The notes below the pieces were generated by a model. That model ran no database searches. It was given only the letters and a program-made list of their open reading frames with translations, and was not told the DNA's origin. Source: a virus. Taken from it: 64,000 nucleotides of DNA. The stretch is taken from the IMG/VR virus record IMGVR_UViG_3300046780_000427, positions 1 through 64,000 of that record; one strand, written 5' to 3'. Made by a program: the position numbers and the translations under genes. This document shows positions 10,071 to 19,455 of the stretch, piece after piece. Every line of letters begins with the position of its first letter. Positions within the stretch are counted from its first letter, which is position 1.

Positions 10071-12008
10071 ATGGCCGCCAGTGTCCGCAGCACCTCCACC
10101 TACGCCTCGGCGGCCAGTGACACGTCGGTAGCTGCCGTGCTGCCGTCCGGGTGGCAGCCCGGCGACGTCTGCTACGTCTTCGGCGAACTCCGCGCGGCCT
10201 CTGGCACGCTATCCACGTCCACCCCCGGGTGGACGACCCTGGTCGCGTCGTTCGCCTGCGCGGCGTCCACGTCGTCGTCGATGGCCCTGTTCCGCCGGGT
10301 GCTGCAGGCCGGGGACACGGCTGGGCCGACGGTCACCTGCACGTCGGGGCGGCTGTGCCTGGTCTCGGTAGCCGTGCAGGGCGCGGACAACGGCACGCCC
10401 GAGGACGGCGTGACCGTCCTGTCGAACAACGGCGGGGCTGGCGCGCAAACCTCCGTACCAGGGTCGGCGATCACCCCGAACGGGGCCGCGGACCTGCTGC
10501 TGTGCGGGTACGGCTGCGGCGACGCGGTCACCGCGAACACGGGCATCAGCTTCGGCACCCCTTCGGGGATGACGATCGCCGCGCAGACCGCGAGCACCCT
10601 GGCCGCGTCGACCGACGCCGGGCTGATGGTGGCCAGCCAGCAGCTGGCGTCGAGCGCGCAGGTGACGCCGGCGTCCAGCGCGGTGACTACGTCGCCTGCG
10701 AATAATGCGGTAGATGTCCAGTCGGTCACCCTGGTAGTCCTCCCGGCCGCTGCGTCAGCCACAAGCCCTGCGCCGTTGCCGCCGGTGATGTTCCCGCCGC
10801 TGTCGCGGATGTTCGGCCCTAACCCGCCGTTCGCCGTGGCGGCGCAGACGCCTGCCCCGGCCACGGTCAGCACCCAGCAGGGCACCGTCACGCTGGCCGC
10901 CGGCACGTCACTGACCGCGCCCGCCGTCCAGTTGGCGCCGGCGACCCTGCTGCCCGCTGCTGCCCTGTCAGCGCCTGCAGCCGCCGAACTGGCCCCGGCG
11001 ACCCTGGCCGCGCTCGCGTCGGTCACCGCGCCGGTCAGCACCGAACTGGTCACCGCGACGCTCGCCGTCCTGGCATCGCTCACATCCCCCGTGGTCGAGA
11101 TCCCGGCTGCGGTGACGCTGGGCGCCGGGTTCACGGTCACCAGTCCTGGGGGGCTGGCGTCCCCGGCGTCGCTGATCGTCGCGGGTGCTTTGGCCGCGTC
11201 TGGTGGCGGCCCGTCCGGTGCGACCCTGGCCGGCGGGTTCACCCTCACCGACACCGGCATCCTGCTCGCCCCCGCCACCCTGGCCGCTGCCTGGTCACTG
11301 ACCTCCCCCGTGGTGCAACTGGCCCCGGCGGCCCTGGCCGCTGCCTGGTCACTGACCGACACGGCTGTGCTGCTCGCTCCCGCGTCCCTGATCGCTACTG
11401 CGGCCCTTGGGGCACCGGCCGTGATCCAGCAGGCCATCGCGTCCCTGACAGCCGCAGTGTCGCTCACCGCACTGCTGAGCAGGCAACTAGCCCCCGCTAC
11501 CCTGGGCGCCGGGTTCACCGTGACCGACGCAGTAGTGCAGCTCGCCGTCGCGACCTTGACCGCTGCTGCGTCCCTCGCCGGGGGAACCGGGGCGGCGGGT
11601 GCCGCCACCTTGACCGCGGCCTGGACTGTCAACACGCCGTTGACAGTCCAGGCCGCGCCAGCGGTCCTGGCTGCCCTGGCCTCCCTCGGCATCCCCGCGT
11701 CCCGCGTGGCCGCCGTAGCGGTCCTGGCCCCGGCCTGGGCCATGACCGGGCAGGGGAAGCAGATCGCCCCCGCCACGCTGCTGCTCGCAGTGTCGCTCAC
11801 CGCTGCGGCCGGCGGCCCCGTTACAGTGATCTATGGAACCGCGACGATAGGCGCGGGACCGCTTCCCGGCGCAGTGCCAGGCGCCGGGCCAGCCCCCGGG
11901 CAACCAGGGGCCCTGGTCACCGGCGCAGCACCGGGGAGCGGCCGCACCATCGCTGTGACTGCCGGCGCAGGTTCCTCCGATGTGGTTATCCCCGGAGGAC
12001 CGCTGTGA
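10071..12008 (+). CDS. Ala/Thr/Pro-rich repeat protein (possible head fibre or decoration)
   Basis: Globular N-terminal domain followed by many roughly 20-aa repeats such as LAPATLAAAWSLT. Confidence 0.65.
   Translation: MAASVRSTSTYASAASDTSVAAVLPSGWQPGDVCYVFGELRAASGTLSTSTPGWTTLVASFACAASTSSSMALFRRVLQAGDTAGPTVTCTSGRLCLVSVAVQGADNGTPEDGVTVLSNNGGAGAQTSVPGSAITPNGAADLLLCGYGCGDAVTANTGISFGTPSGMTIAAQTASTLAASTDAGLMVASQQLASSAQVTPASSAVTTSPANNAVDVQSVTLVVLPAAASATSPAPLPPVMFPPLSRMFGPNPPFAVAAQTPAPATVSTQQGTVTLAAGTSLTAPAVQLAPATLLPAAALSAPAAAELAPATLAALASVTAPVSTELVTATLAVLASLTSPVVEIPAAVTLGAGFTVTSPGGLASPASLIVAGALAASGGGPSGATLAGGFTLTDTGILLAPATLAAAWSLTSPVVQLAPAALAAAWSLTDTAVLLAPASLIATAALGAPAVIQQAIASLTAAVSLTALLSRQLAPATLGAGFTVTDAVVQLAVATLTAAASLAGGTGAAGAATLTAAWTVNTPLTVQAAPAVLAALASLGIPASRVAAVAVLAPAWAMTGQGKQIAPATLLLAVSLTAAAGGPVTVIYGTATIGAGPLPGAVPGAGPAPGQPGALVTGAAPGSGRTIAVTAGAGSSDVVIPGGPL
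11615..11657. promoter_or_regulatory. TGTCAA-N7-TTGACA palindrome, copy 2, with 18-bp perfect arms (intragenic)
   Basis: cgcggcctggactgtcaa cacgccg ttgacagtccaggccgcg. Confidence 0.88.
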
Positions 12009-12859
12009 GCCTGGACGTTGGCACCGTCTACACCGCCACCCTGGCGCTGACGGACGCGACGACAGGTGCCCCGGTGAACCCGGTCACAGCGGTGCTGACG
12101 GTGACCAACCCGGACCAGACCGTCTACGTGTCCGGGGTCGGCCCGAACCCGCCGGTCACCCTGCCACCCGCGGCGACCGGGCTGCTCATCTACCCGTACA
12201 CGCTGGGGCAGGAGGGGCTGACCAAGTTCGCCTGGTCCGGGACCCTGTCTGGCGGGGCGGCGTTCCCGCCGAAGGTGGACTACATCAATGCCCGGTCGTT
12301 CCGGTCGGCGGTGTCCCTGGCCGAGACCACGGACCACCTCGGGGTCACTGACCCGGCGAGGACTGAGCGGATCCGGTCGCTGATGGGGACCGCCACCGCG
12401 TATGCGGAGCGGATCGTCGGCACCCTGGTCCCGAGGGTGTTCACCAACGACTGGATCCCGGGTGCTTACCGGCCGATCATCCGGCTCCCCCACGGGCCCG
12501 CGCTGAACGACCAGGCGGTGACCGCGATCGCCTCGGTCTATCCCAACGGGCCGTCCTGGTCGCTGGCCAACGGCGACTTCGTGGTCAACCCGTACCCCGG
12601 GACGGTGTACCTCAGGTCGCTCCTCGACTGGTGGTACGGGCCGTGGCACGCCACCTACACCGCCGGTGTGAGCATCGTCCACGAGGACATCGCTGAGGCG
12701 ATCCTGGAGATCATCCGGGACCTGTACACGCCGGCGCGGGGCCTGTCGGTGGACATCGCGGAGCAGGCATCAGAGCAGTTGGCGATGCCGCCGTTCTACC
12801 ACGCACCACCCCGGGCGCAGATGCTCCTGGACCAGCACAAACTGCCCGGGTTCGCCTGA
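12005..12859 (+). CDS. head-to-tail adaptor with N-terminal Ig-like domain
   Basis: VSLAETTDHL...ATAYAERIVG...TYTAG...AEAILEII, a gp6/gp15-like pattern. Confidence 0.7.
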   Translation: MSLDVGTVYTATLALTDATTGAPVNPVTAVLTVTNPDQTVYVSGVGPNPPVTLPPAATGLLIYPYTLGQEGLTKFAWSGTLSGGAAFPPKVDYINARSFRSAVSLAETTDHLGVTDPARTERIRSLMGTATAYAERIVGTLVPRVFTNDWIPGAYRPIIRLPHGPALNDQAVTAIASVYPNGPSWSLANGDFVVNPYPGTVYLRSLLDWWYGPWHATYTAGVSIVHEDIAEAILEIIRDLYTPARGLSVDIAEQASEQLAMPPFYHAPPRAQMLLDQHKLPGFA

Positions 12860-12877
12860 GGAGAGAGGGACCAAGCC

Positions 12878-13435
12878 ATGACGAACACGCAGATCAAGGT
12901 CCTCCCCGGCGGGATCGCACCGCCGACCGGCCTGGCCGTGGGAGCTGCTGTCGGCGGTGGCACGTTCGCCGCCGCGACGTATTTCTGGAAGATCACTTAC
13001 CACGGGGTCAACGGCGAGTCGCAGGGGTCGAATGAGGCTACCGTGGCGATCGCCCTGAACGGGTCCGCGAACCTGACCTGGACCGCGCCGCCGGCGTCGG
13101 CCCGGTGCGTGGGGATCCGCATCTACCGGGGCACCGTCACCAACACTGAGAATGTCCTGGTCGCGGAGGTCCTGCCGAATACGACGGCGTTCACCGACAC
13201 CAACCTGGGCGCGGCCGGGACACCACCGGCGACTACGTCGTTTACCACGATCAACAGTGACTCGGCGGCGCGGACGCTGAAAACGCATGCCGCTATGGCC
13301 GGTTTGACCGGCGGGCAGCTCAACCAGGTCCTCCGCGGGGTCAACTACTGGCACAACCAGCCGGCCAACCCGACCGTTGACGGGCAGGCGGCCAAGATCC
13401 TCGCCGCGGTCGGCCTCGGCATCCAGGAGGTCTAA
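12878..13435 (+). CDS. hypothetical structural protein (paralog A, with FN3-like insert)
   Basis: YFWKITY..NGES..SNE, LTWTAP, IRIYRG; C-terminus shared with the next gene. Confidence 0.7.
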   Translation: MTNTQIKVLPGGIAPPTGLAVGAAVGGGTFAAATYFWKITYHGVNGESQGSNEATVAIALNGSANLTWTAPPASARCVGIRIYRGTVTNTENVLVAEVLPNTTAFTDTNLGAAGTPPATTSFTTINSDSAARTLKTHAAMAGLTGGQLNQVLRGVNYWHNQPANPTVDGQAAKILAAVGLGIQEV

Positions 13436-13439
13436 ACCA

Positions 13440-13676
13440 GTGGCGACACAGATCAAGCCCAAGTCCTCAGGGTCGTTTACGACGATCACCGTGGACACTG
13501 CTAACCGCACGTCGGACGCCTCCACCGGGATGCCCGCCACCGGGCAGGCCAACGGCCTGATCCACGCGGCCCTGCGCGCGTGCAACGAGTGGCACAACCA
13601 GCCGGCCAACACGACCACCACCGCGCGGGCGCAGAAGATCGCCAGCGCCGCCGGCATCACCATCCAGGAGGTCTAA
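13440..13676 (+). CDS. hypothetical protein (paralog B)
   Basis: TQIK...SFTTI...WHNQPAN...IQEV shared with the preceding gene. Confidence 0.7.
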   Translation: MATQIKPKSSGSFTTITVDTANRTSDASTGMPATGQANGLIHAALRACNEWHNQPANTTTTARAQKIASAAGITIQEV

Positions 13677-13680
13677 ACCT

Positions 13681-14151
13681 GTGAAGTCCGCGCTGCCCGC
13701 CGCGATCACCGCCCTGCTGGCACTCCTGCCCGCATGGCAGGACCTCGCGGGTGTGGACATCAGGGACGCACTCCAGGTCCCTGATGAGTCCAAGGGCAGC
13801 GCGATCTTCATCGGGGACACCCAGGCTATTGATGCGAACAACCAGCCGATTGACACCGCCGCCGACTACATAGCGGACCTCGCCGGGCTCGGCGGGCGGG
13901 AGCGGGAAACGTTCTCGATCCACTGCTCCGCAGCCGTGCTGGACACCAACTCCAACTACGCCGCGGCCCGTGCCGCGGTGACCGCACTGCGTGACGCAGT
14001 GGGGTCCTGCCTCGCCGTGCACATGGACCTCGGCGGGGCTATCCAGGGCAAGGCCCGGCTCGGCGCCGGGGGCCTGCGGTATGTCCGCCTCGATGTCGGG
14101 ATCAAGGCGGTCCTCCTGTTCGACGTGGACGTTGACGCGTTCACCACTTAG
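13681..14151 (+). CDS. putative tail terminator / neck protein
   Basis: Position and size; DLGG motif near the C-terminus. Confidence 0.55.
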   Translation: MKSALPAAITALLALLPAWQDLAGVDIRDALQVPDESKGSAIFIGDTQAIDANNQPIDTAADYIADLAGLGGRERETFSIHCSAAVLDTNSNYAAARAAVTALRDAVGSCLAVHMDLGGAIQGKARLGAGGLRYVRLDVGIKAVLLFDVDVDAFTT

Positions 14152-14169
14152 GCCGAAGGAAGGGAACCG

Positions 14170-14514
14170 ATGGCCTCCACCTATGTTGCACAGAGCATCA
14201 CCCACGCGGGCAGCCAGCCCACCTGGACCGCCCCCGCCGCCTCGGGGGACCAGGCCCCCACCGGGGCGTCCCTCTACCTGGTCGTGTTCAACGGCTCGGT
14301 GTCCTCTATCACGGTGACGCTGCCGTTCACCCCGACCTACGACGGGCAGGGTGTGACCTCCCGCACCGTCAGCGTCCCGGCGTCCACCCTGGCCGCGCCG
14401 GCGCCGGTGTTCATCCCGTTGCCGGACGGCGTCTACGGGGTCGGGCTGACCGCGGTCAACTACTCCGCCGTCACCACCGTTTCGGTGTTCGTGCTGCGGG
14501 TGTCCGCATCATGA
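14170..14514 (+). CDS. hypothetical structural protein
   Basis: Beta-rich, with an RBS. Confidence 0.65.
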   Translation: MASTYVAQSITHAGSQPTWTAPAASGDQAPTGASLYLVVFNGSVSSITVTLPFTPTYDGQGVTSRTVSVPASTLAAPAPVFIPLPDGVYGVGLTAVNYSAVTTVSVFVLRVSAS

Positions 14515-14756
14515 GGATCTGGCACCCCGGCCTGGAGGCCGATGGAGGCGAGGCGTTCTCCGATGTGCCGGAGGGCGCGGTCTCGATGATGCGGCAGTCC
14601 GGGTGGCTCCTGGCCACCGAACGCGACGGGCACCTGGAGGCGCTGGCCGCGCACCAGGCCCGCGCCGACGAGGAGTCCAAGCCAGGGCGGTCCCGTGCCC
14701 GCTCCGATCAGGCCGGCGGCGGAAAGGCCGGCGGCGACAACCCAGAGGGGAGCTGA
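14511..14756 (+). CDS. hypothetical protein
   Basis: HPGL...VPEGAV...SGW small actinophage-type protein. Confidence 0.6.
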   Translation: MRIWHPGLEADGGEAFSDVPEGAVSMMRQSGWLLATERDGHLEALAAHQARADEESKPGRSRARSDQAGGGKAGGDNPEGS

Positions 14757-14762
14757 CCACTC

Positions 14763-15242
14763 ATGCCGCCCGCACCACTCACCCCGACGAACAGGTATTT
14801 CCCGCCAGCGAAGCGGAAGATTTACTGGCTGACCACCTGCTCCAACTACAACGCCCCCACCAGGGGTGAGCTGAACGCGGGCACCGACCTGTCCGCGGAG
14901 ATCGCCGCCGTCGCCGGGTTCTCCCTCACGGACAACCCGGTGGACACCCCCGACATGGGGTCCCGGTTCACCTCCCAGGTCCCAGGGCGGCAGACCGCCG
15001 CCGGGTCGTCGCTGACGATCTACTGCGACCAGGTGGGCAACGACGCCCGGGCGCTGCTCCTCAACGGGGTCGCCGGGTTCGTGGTGTGCCTGTGGGAAGG
15101 CGACACCACCGGGTTTTTCATGGACGTGTTCCCTGCCCGCGTCGATTCACAGGCGATGGACACCACGGTGGATGACCCCGGCCAGTGCGTGTTCTCCTTC
15201 ACCTGCTCCCGGGTGCCCGCGATCAGGGTCCTGGTCCCCTAG
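14763..15242 (+). CDS. major tail protein
   Basis: APTRGELNAGTDLS, VDTPDMGSRFTSQVPGR, MDVFP; typical of actinophage tail tube proteins. Confidence 0.8.
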   Translation: MPPAPLTPTNRYFPPAKRKIYWLTTCSNYNAPTRGELNAGTDLSAEIAAVAGFSLTDNPVDTPDMGSRFTSQVPGRQTAAGSSLTIYCDQVGNDARALLLNGVAGFVVCLWEGDTTGFFMDVFPARVDSQAMDTTVDDPGQCVFSFTCSRVPAIRVLVP

Positions 15243-15243
15243 G

Positions 15244-15777
15244 GTGCCCGCACCGTCGCGGACGGCCTCAGCGTTCGGGCTCCACTCCCTGTCGGGGGTG
15301 GAGCTGCGCACGGTCGCGCGGCGGTTGCGGGAGATGGATGAGCCGAGGACGGCGCTGCTGTTCCGCCGGGAGCTGCGGGCGGCCGCGGCACCGATGGTCC
15401 CCGCGGTGCGCAGGTCCATTCAGGCGATCCCGGCGAAGACAGGCTCGGTGCGGCGGCAGGGCGGGTCGCTGCGGGCCTCGATGCAGCGGGCCACCAAGTT
15501 GTACGTCCGCACGTCCGGCCGGCTGACCGGGGTTGTGATCATGGTCAACGGCCAGTTGATGCCCGCGGGGATGCGGTCCCTCCCCGCGTATGAGGAGGGC
15601 ACCAAACCACGGTGGCGGCATCCGGTGTTCGGTCACACCGACAGGTGGGTTGCGCAGGCGCCGCACCCGTATTTCTACAACACGGTACGGCCTATGGGCG
15701 TGGTTGCCCGGGTGGCCGTAGGGCGGGCGATGTCCCGTGTCAGCGAGGACATCACCGGAGGAAGGAGGGCGTTTTAG
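15244..15777 (+). CDS. HK97 gp10-like neck protein
   Basis: Basic protein with WRHPVFG...WVAQ...PYF; start uncertain. Confidence 0.55.
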   Translation: MPAPSRTASAFGLHSLSGVELRTVARRLREMDEPRTALLFRRELRAAAAPMVPAVRRSIQAIPAKTGSVRRQGGSLRASMQRATKLYVRTSGRLTGVVIMVNGQLMPAGMRSLPAYEEGTKPRWRHPVFGHTDRWVAQAPHPYFYNTVRPMGVVARVAVGRAMSRVSEDITGGRRAF

Positions 15778-16248
15778 ATGGGGCTGCTTGGAAGAGATGA
15801 GATCCTGACCCACACCGATCTGCCATTCGAGGACGTGTACGTTCCGGAGTGGTCAGGGTCGGTGCGGGTGCGGGGCCTGTCCGGGAAAGACCGGGACGCC
15901 TACGAGGCATCCACGGTGATCATGCGCACCGGCAAGGGCGGCCGGCTGGAGCAGGGACGGGACCTGGACAACCTGCGGGCGAAACTGATTGTCCGCTGCC
16001 TGGTCGATGACAACGGCGACCGGCTGTTCCACGACGGCGAATACGACACGGTAGGTGCCCTGTCCGGGGCGATCCTGGCCCGCCTGTGGGACACCGCATC
16101 CAAACTGTCCGGCCTCGGGGATGAGGACCTGGAGGAGCTGGTGCGGGATTTCGGGTCAACCCCTGGCGGGGGTTCGTCTACTCCCTCGCCCTCGCCCTCG
16201 GGTGCCCCGTCGCCGAACTCCTCACCCGGATCTCCTCCCGGGAGCTGA
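15778..16248 (+). CDS. tail assembly chaperone (gpG)
   Basis: VPEWSGSVRVRGLSG..RD, LVDDNGDRLF, KLSGL; precedes the tape measure gene. Confidence 0.85.
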   Translation: MGLLGRDEILTHTDLPFEDVYVPEWSGSVRVRGLSGKDRDAYEASTVIMRTGKGGRLEQGRDLDNLRAKLIVRCLVDDNGDRLFHDGEYDTVGALSGAILARLWDTASKLSGLGDEDLEELVRDFGSTPGGGSSTPSPSPSGAPSPNSSPGSPPGS

Positions 16249-16385
16249 CCGGCTGGTACGCCTACCACACCTGGGTCCAGGAGCAGGAAGCCGCCGAGGA
16301 GAAGCAGAAACACCAGGGGTCGGGGGGGCTGGGAGGCCCGCCGGTGGCAGCACCAGTGAACATGCGGGGCGCAGGCCCCGCCTAG
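16146..16385 (+). CDS. tail assembly chaperone -1 frameshift extension (gpGT)
   Basis: G GAT TTC slippery site; the -1 frame reads FVYSLALALGCPVAELLTRISSRELTGWYAY to TAG at 16383. Confidence 0.75.
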   Translation, partial: GFRVNPWRGFVYSLALALGCPVAELLTRISSRELTGWYAYHTWVQEQEAAEEKQKHQGSGGLGGPPVAAPVNMRGAGPA

Positions 16386-16404
16386 AGGACGGAAGGGAGG
16401 CCCG

Positions 16405-19400
16405 GTGACGTTCGCCCGCGTGATCTATGACGTGGTAGCCCGTGACGGGGCTTCCCGGACGTTCCGTCACATGGGTGATGAGGCCGGTTACGCCGAGGGG
16501 AGGGTGGCCCGGTTCGGGCGGGCGTTCGCCGCGGTCGGCATCGGCATCGGGATCGCCGGGGTGGCGATCGCCGCCGAGGCGGTCCGGATGGGGACCACGT
16601 TCCAGGCGGAGATGACCCGCATCCAAACCCAGGCCGGCGCGTCCGCGGGTGCGGTGAAGCAGTTGCAGGGTGAGGTCCTGCGCCTGGCGCAGTCCCACGC
16701 GCAGCAAGGCCCCAACGAGCTGGCCATGGCCCTCTACCACCTCAAATCCGTGGGCCTGGACAACGTTCACGCGATGCGGGCCCTGCGGGTCGCCTCAGAC
16801 CTGGCGGCGGTCGGCGGGTCGAACCTGGAGGATACCACCAGTGCCCTCGCCGGCGCGTGGCGGTCCGGGATCAAGGGCGCCCAGTCGTTCGGCAAGACCG
16901 CGGCGACGGTGAACGCGATCATCGGCGCCGGGAACATGCGCATGACCGACTTCATCGCGTCCCTGTCTTCCGGGATCCTCCCGGCAGCCCGCACGTTCCA
17001 CGTCTCCCTGTCGTCGGTGGGGTCTGCGCTGGCACTGATGACTGACGAGGGCATTCCCGCCGAGGTCGCCGCCACGAGGCTGAGGATGACCCTGTCGCTG
17101 ATAGGTGCCCCGTCCGCTAAGGCCGCCGGGGCGCTGTCCACCATCGGCCTGCGCGCGGACGACCTGGCCAAGAAGCTGATGCAACCGGGGCCGTCCGGCG
17201 GCCTCGTCGGTGCGATCGCACTGCTGAAACAACACCTGGACGCCTCCGGGCAGTCCGCGGTCCAGCAGGCGCAGACGATCGCGCACGCCTTCGGCGGCGG
17301 CCGGTCCTCCTCCGCGATCGAGACCCTGCTGAACAACCTCGGCGTGCTGGAGAAGAAGCAGACACAGATCAACAACACCACCGGCAAATACGGGGCCGCG
17401 GTCGTCGCGCAACGCAAAACCGCTGAGGCACAGTTCCACCGGCTCTCCTCCATCATCGAGGCGGCCGGTGTGCGGATCGGGCTGGCCCTGTTGCCGCCGG
17501 TGACCGCGTTCGTGTCGTTCATCGTCAACCGGGCCCTCCCGGCGGTGGGCACGTTCGGGTCCCGGGTCGGGCAGGTGTTCAACGCGATCATCCCGGTGGG
17601 GGCGATCAAACGGGACTGGCAGGACCTGATGCAGTTCCTGGGCCTGGCCAAGCCCAAGCCCGTGCACCTGGTCACCGGGGACCTGCTGCACCTGCCCCGC
17701 CCCGCGCCGCTGTATGCGGGTGACCTCCTGCACGCCAGGCCGTCACCGATGCTGGACCTGATCCACCCGTTGCCGAAGACAGCCGGGGACCAGCTCGTGG
17801 CCCCGCTGAAGGCGGGCATCATCGCGGCCCTGTCCGGATCCGGGTTCGGGATGGCCCTGGGTCATGCCCTGGGGACGGCATTCGGGTGGCTGGGGCAGCA
17901 TTCGGCCGTGTTCATCGGCGGCCTGGTCAACACCCTGGCGCACCTGGACTGGGTGAGCATCGGCAAAGCGGTCGGCGGGAACGCCCTCGGGTTCGCGATC
18001 GGGTTCATCTCCAACCTGGGCGCGGACCTGTTCTCCCCGTCGTTCTGGGAGCACCACTGGTGGGACCTGATCGTGGCGGTCCTGTCCGTGGGGCTGGTGG
18101 GGAAGTTCATCGGCCCCGTGGAGAAGATCATCAGCCATGTGCCGGTGCTGCGACTGTTCTCCCCGTTTCTCAAGGGCATCCAGAAAGTCGGCACCCCAAT
18201 TTTTGACACCGTCTACTCGGCGGTCAAGGGCATCGGGCGGGCGTTTATCAAGGGGTTCGGGGACGTGTTCCCCGGGACGTTCGCCCGGCTGAGCAAATGG
18301 CTGGACCTCCTGCCGACCCGGATCGGGGTGTGGGCCATCCGGATCTACGACCTCGGCCGGCGGGCCCTGGTCGGGCTGGGGAACGGCATCCTCCGCGGCG
18401 CAGAGGGCCTAGGCAAGATCATCGGGACGATTATCAAGCGGCTAATTGACCCGTTCCGGCCTGCCGGCCTGTGGCTGGTCGAGTCCGGGATCAACCTGGT
18501 CAAGGGGCTCCTCGGCGGGATCCGCAGGTACATGGCCGGGATCGCCTCCTGGGTGAAGGGGAACATCGTTAACCCGATCGTCCACTGGGTCACGCATTTC
18601 TTCGGGATCAGCTCACCGTCTAAGGTCATGTTCGGGCTCGGCGGGCACATCATGACCGGGCTGCTGCACGGGATCATGTCCGGCGGCCGGAACCTCGGCG
18701 GGATGGTCCGCAAGGTGTTCGGGTCGATCCCGTCCGCGCTGGGTCACCTGGTCGAGAAGGGGATGGTCTCGATCTCCTCCCTCCCCGGCCGGGCCCTGCG
18801 CGCCCTCGGCGGGCTCGGGTCGGGGCTGCTCGGCGGCATCGCGAACCTGCTCGGTTTCAGCGGCGGGTCCGGGGTGGCGCAGTGGGGCTCCACCGTGGAG
18901 AAGGTCCTGGGGATGCTCGGCCTCCCTAAGTCCTACACGGGGATGTGGCTGCGGCAGATCGCCACAGAATCCGGCGGCAACAGATTCGCCGTCAACTTGA
19001 CCGACTCAAACGCCGCTGCCGGCCACCCGTCCATGGGCGTCCTTCAGACGATCATGTCCACGTTCCTGGCCTACTCCGGGCCGTTCCGGTCCCTGGGCGT
19101 TTTTAACGGATTGGCCGATATTTTCGCTGGGATCAACTATGCCCTCCACAGGTACGGCAGGGCCGGGATGCTCGGCGTCATCGGGCAGGGGCACGGTTAC
19201 TGGCAGGGCGGGCCGATCACCGAGCCGATCACAGGCATCGGGCGCTCCGGGCGGTCCTACAGCTTCGGGGAGAACGGGTTGCAGGAGTGGGTCACCCGCG
19301 GCCGCCCCGGCGGCCGGGGTGTCAATGGCGGGTTGACAGGCGGGCCGCTGATCCACGCGGACCAACTGGTGGTGCAGGACGCGACGGACGCGGAGCTGGT

Positions 19401-19455
19401 GGCCCGCAAGCTGGCCTTCCGGGTCATGGCCGCGAGCATGGGAGGGAACGGGTAG
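16405..19455 (+). CDS. tape measure protein with C-terminal lytic transglycosylase-like domain
   Basis: TP901-type core, amphipathic repeats, FGISSPSKV, QIATESGGN...GVLQTIMSTF. Confidence 0.9.
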   Translation: MTFARVIYDVVARDGASRTFRHMGDEAGYAEGRVARFGRAFAAVGIGIGIAGVAIAAEAVRMGTTFQAEMTRIQTQAGASAGAVKQLQGEVLRLAQSHAQQGPNELAMALYHLKSVGLDNVHAMRALRVASDLAAVGGSNLEDTTSALAGAWRSGIKGAQSFGKTAATVNAIIGAGNMRMTDFIASLSSGILPAARTFHVSLSSVGSALALMTDEGIPAEVAATRLRMTLSLIGAPSAKAAGALSTIGLRADDLAKKLMQPGPSGGLVGAIALLKQHLDASGQSAVQQAQTIAHAFGGGRSSSAIETLLNNLGVLEKKQTQINNTTGKYGAAVVAQRKTAEAQFHRLSSIIEAAGVRIGLALLPPVTAFVSFIVNRALPAVGTFGSRVGQVFNAIIPVGAIKRDWQDLMQFLGLAKPKPVHLVTGDLLHLPRPAPLYAGDLLHARPSPMLDLIHPLPKTAGDQLVAPLKAGIIAALSGSGFGMALGHALGTAFGWLGQHSAVFIGGLVNTLAHLDWVSIGKAVGGNALGFAIGFISNLGADLFSPSFWEHHWWDLIVAVLSVGLVGKFIGPVEKIISHVPVLRLFSPFLKGIQKVGTPIFDTVYSAVKGIGRAFIKGFGDVFPGTFARLSKWLDLLPTRIGVWAIRIYDLGRRALVGLGNGILRGAEGLGKIIGTIIKRLIDPFRPAGLWLVESGINLVKGLLGGIRRYMAGIASWVKGNIVNPIVHWVTHFFGISSPSKVMFGLGGHIMTGLLHGIMSGGRNLGGMVRKVFGSIPSALGHLVEKGMVSISSLPGRALRALGGLGSGLLGGIANLLGFSGGSGVAQWGSTVEKVLGMLGLPKSYTGMWLRQIATESGGNRFAVNLTDSNAAAGHPSMGVLQTIMSTFLAYSGPFRSLGVFNGLADIFAGINYALHRYGRAGMLGVIGQGHGYWQGGPITEPITGIGRSGRSYSFGENGLQEWVTRGRPGGRGVNGGLTGGPLIHADQLVVQDATDAELVARKLAFRVMAASMGGNG
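19320..19338. promoter_or_regulatory. TGTCAA-N7-TTGACA palindrome, copy 3 (intragenic)
   Basis: tgtcaa tggcggg ttgaca. Confidence 0.85.

Noticed and set aside
10172-11800. Long antisense ORFs (also 3975-5309, 19006-20526, 53025-54317, 58915-60513, 60583-61959)
   Set aside because: Shadow ORFs expected at high GC, lying opposite well-supported genes with no motifs or RBS
17670-17775. GDLLH/DLIH short repeats in the tape measure protein
   Set aside because: Only three short degenerate copies; no function can be supported from the sequence
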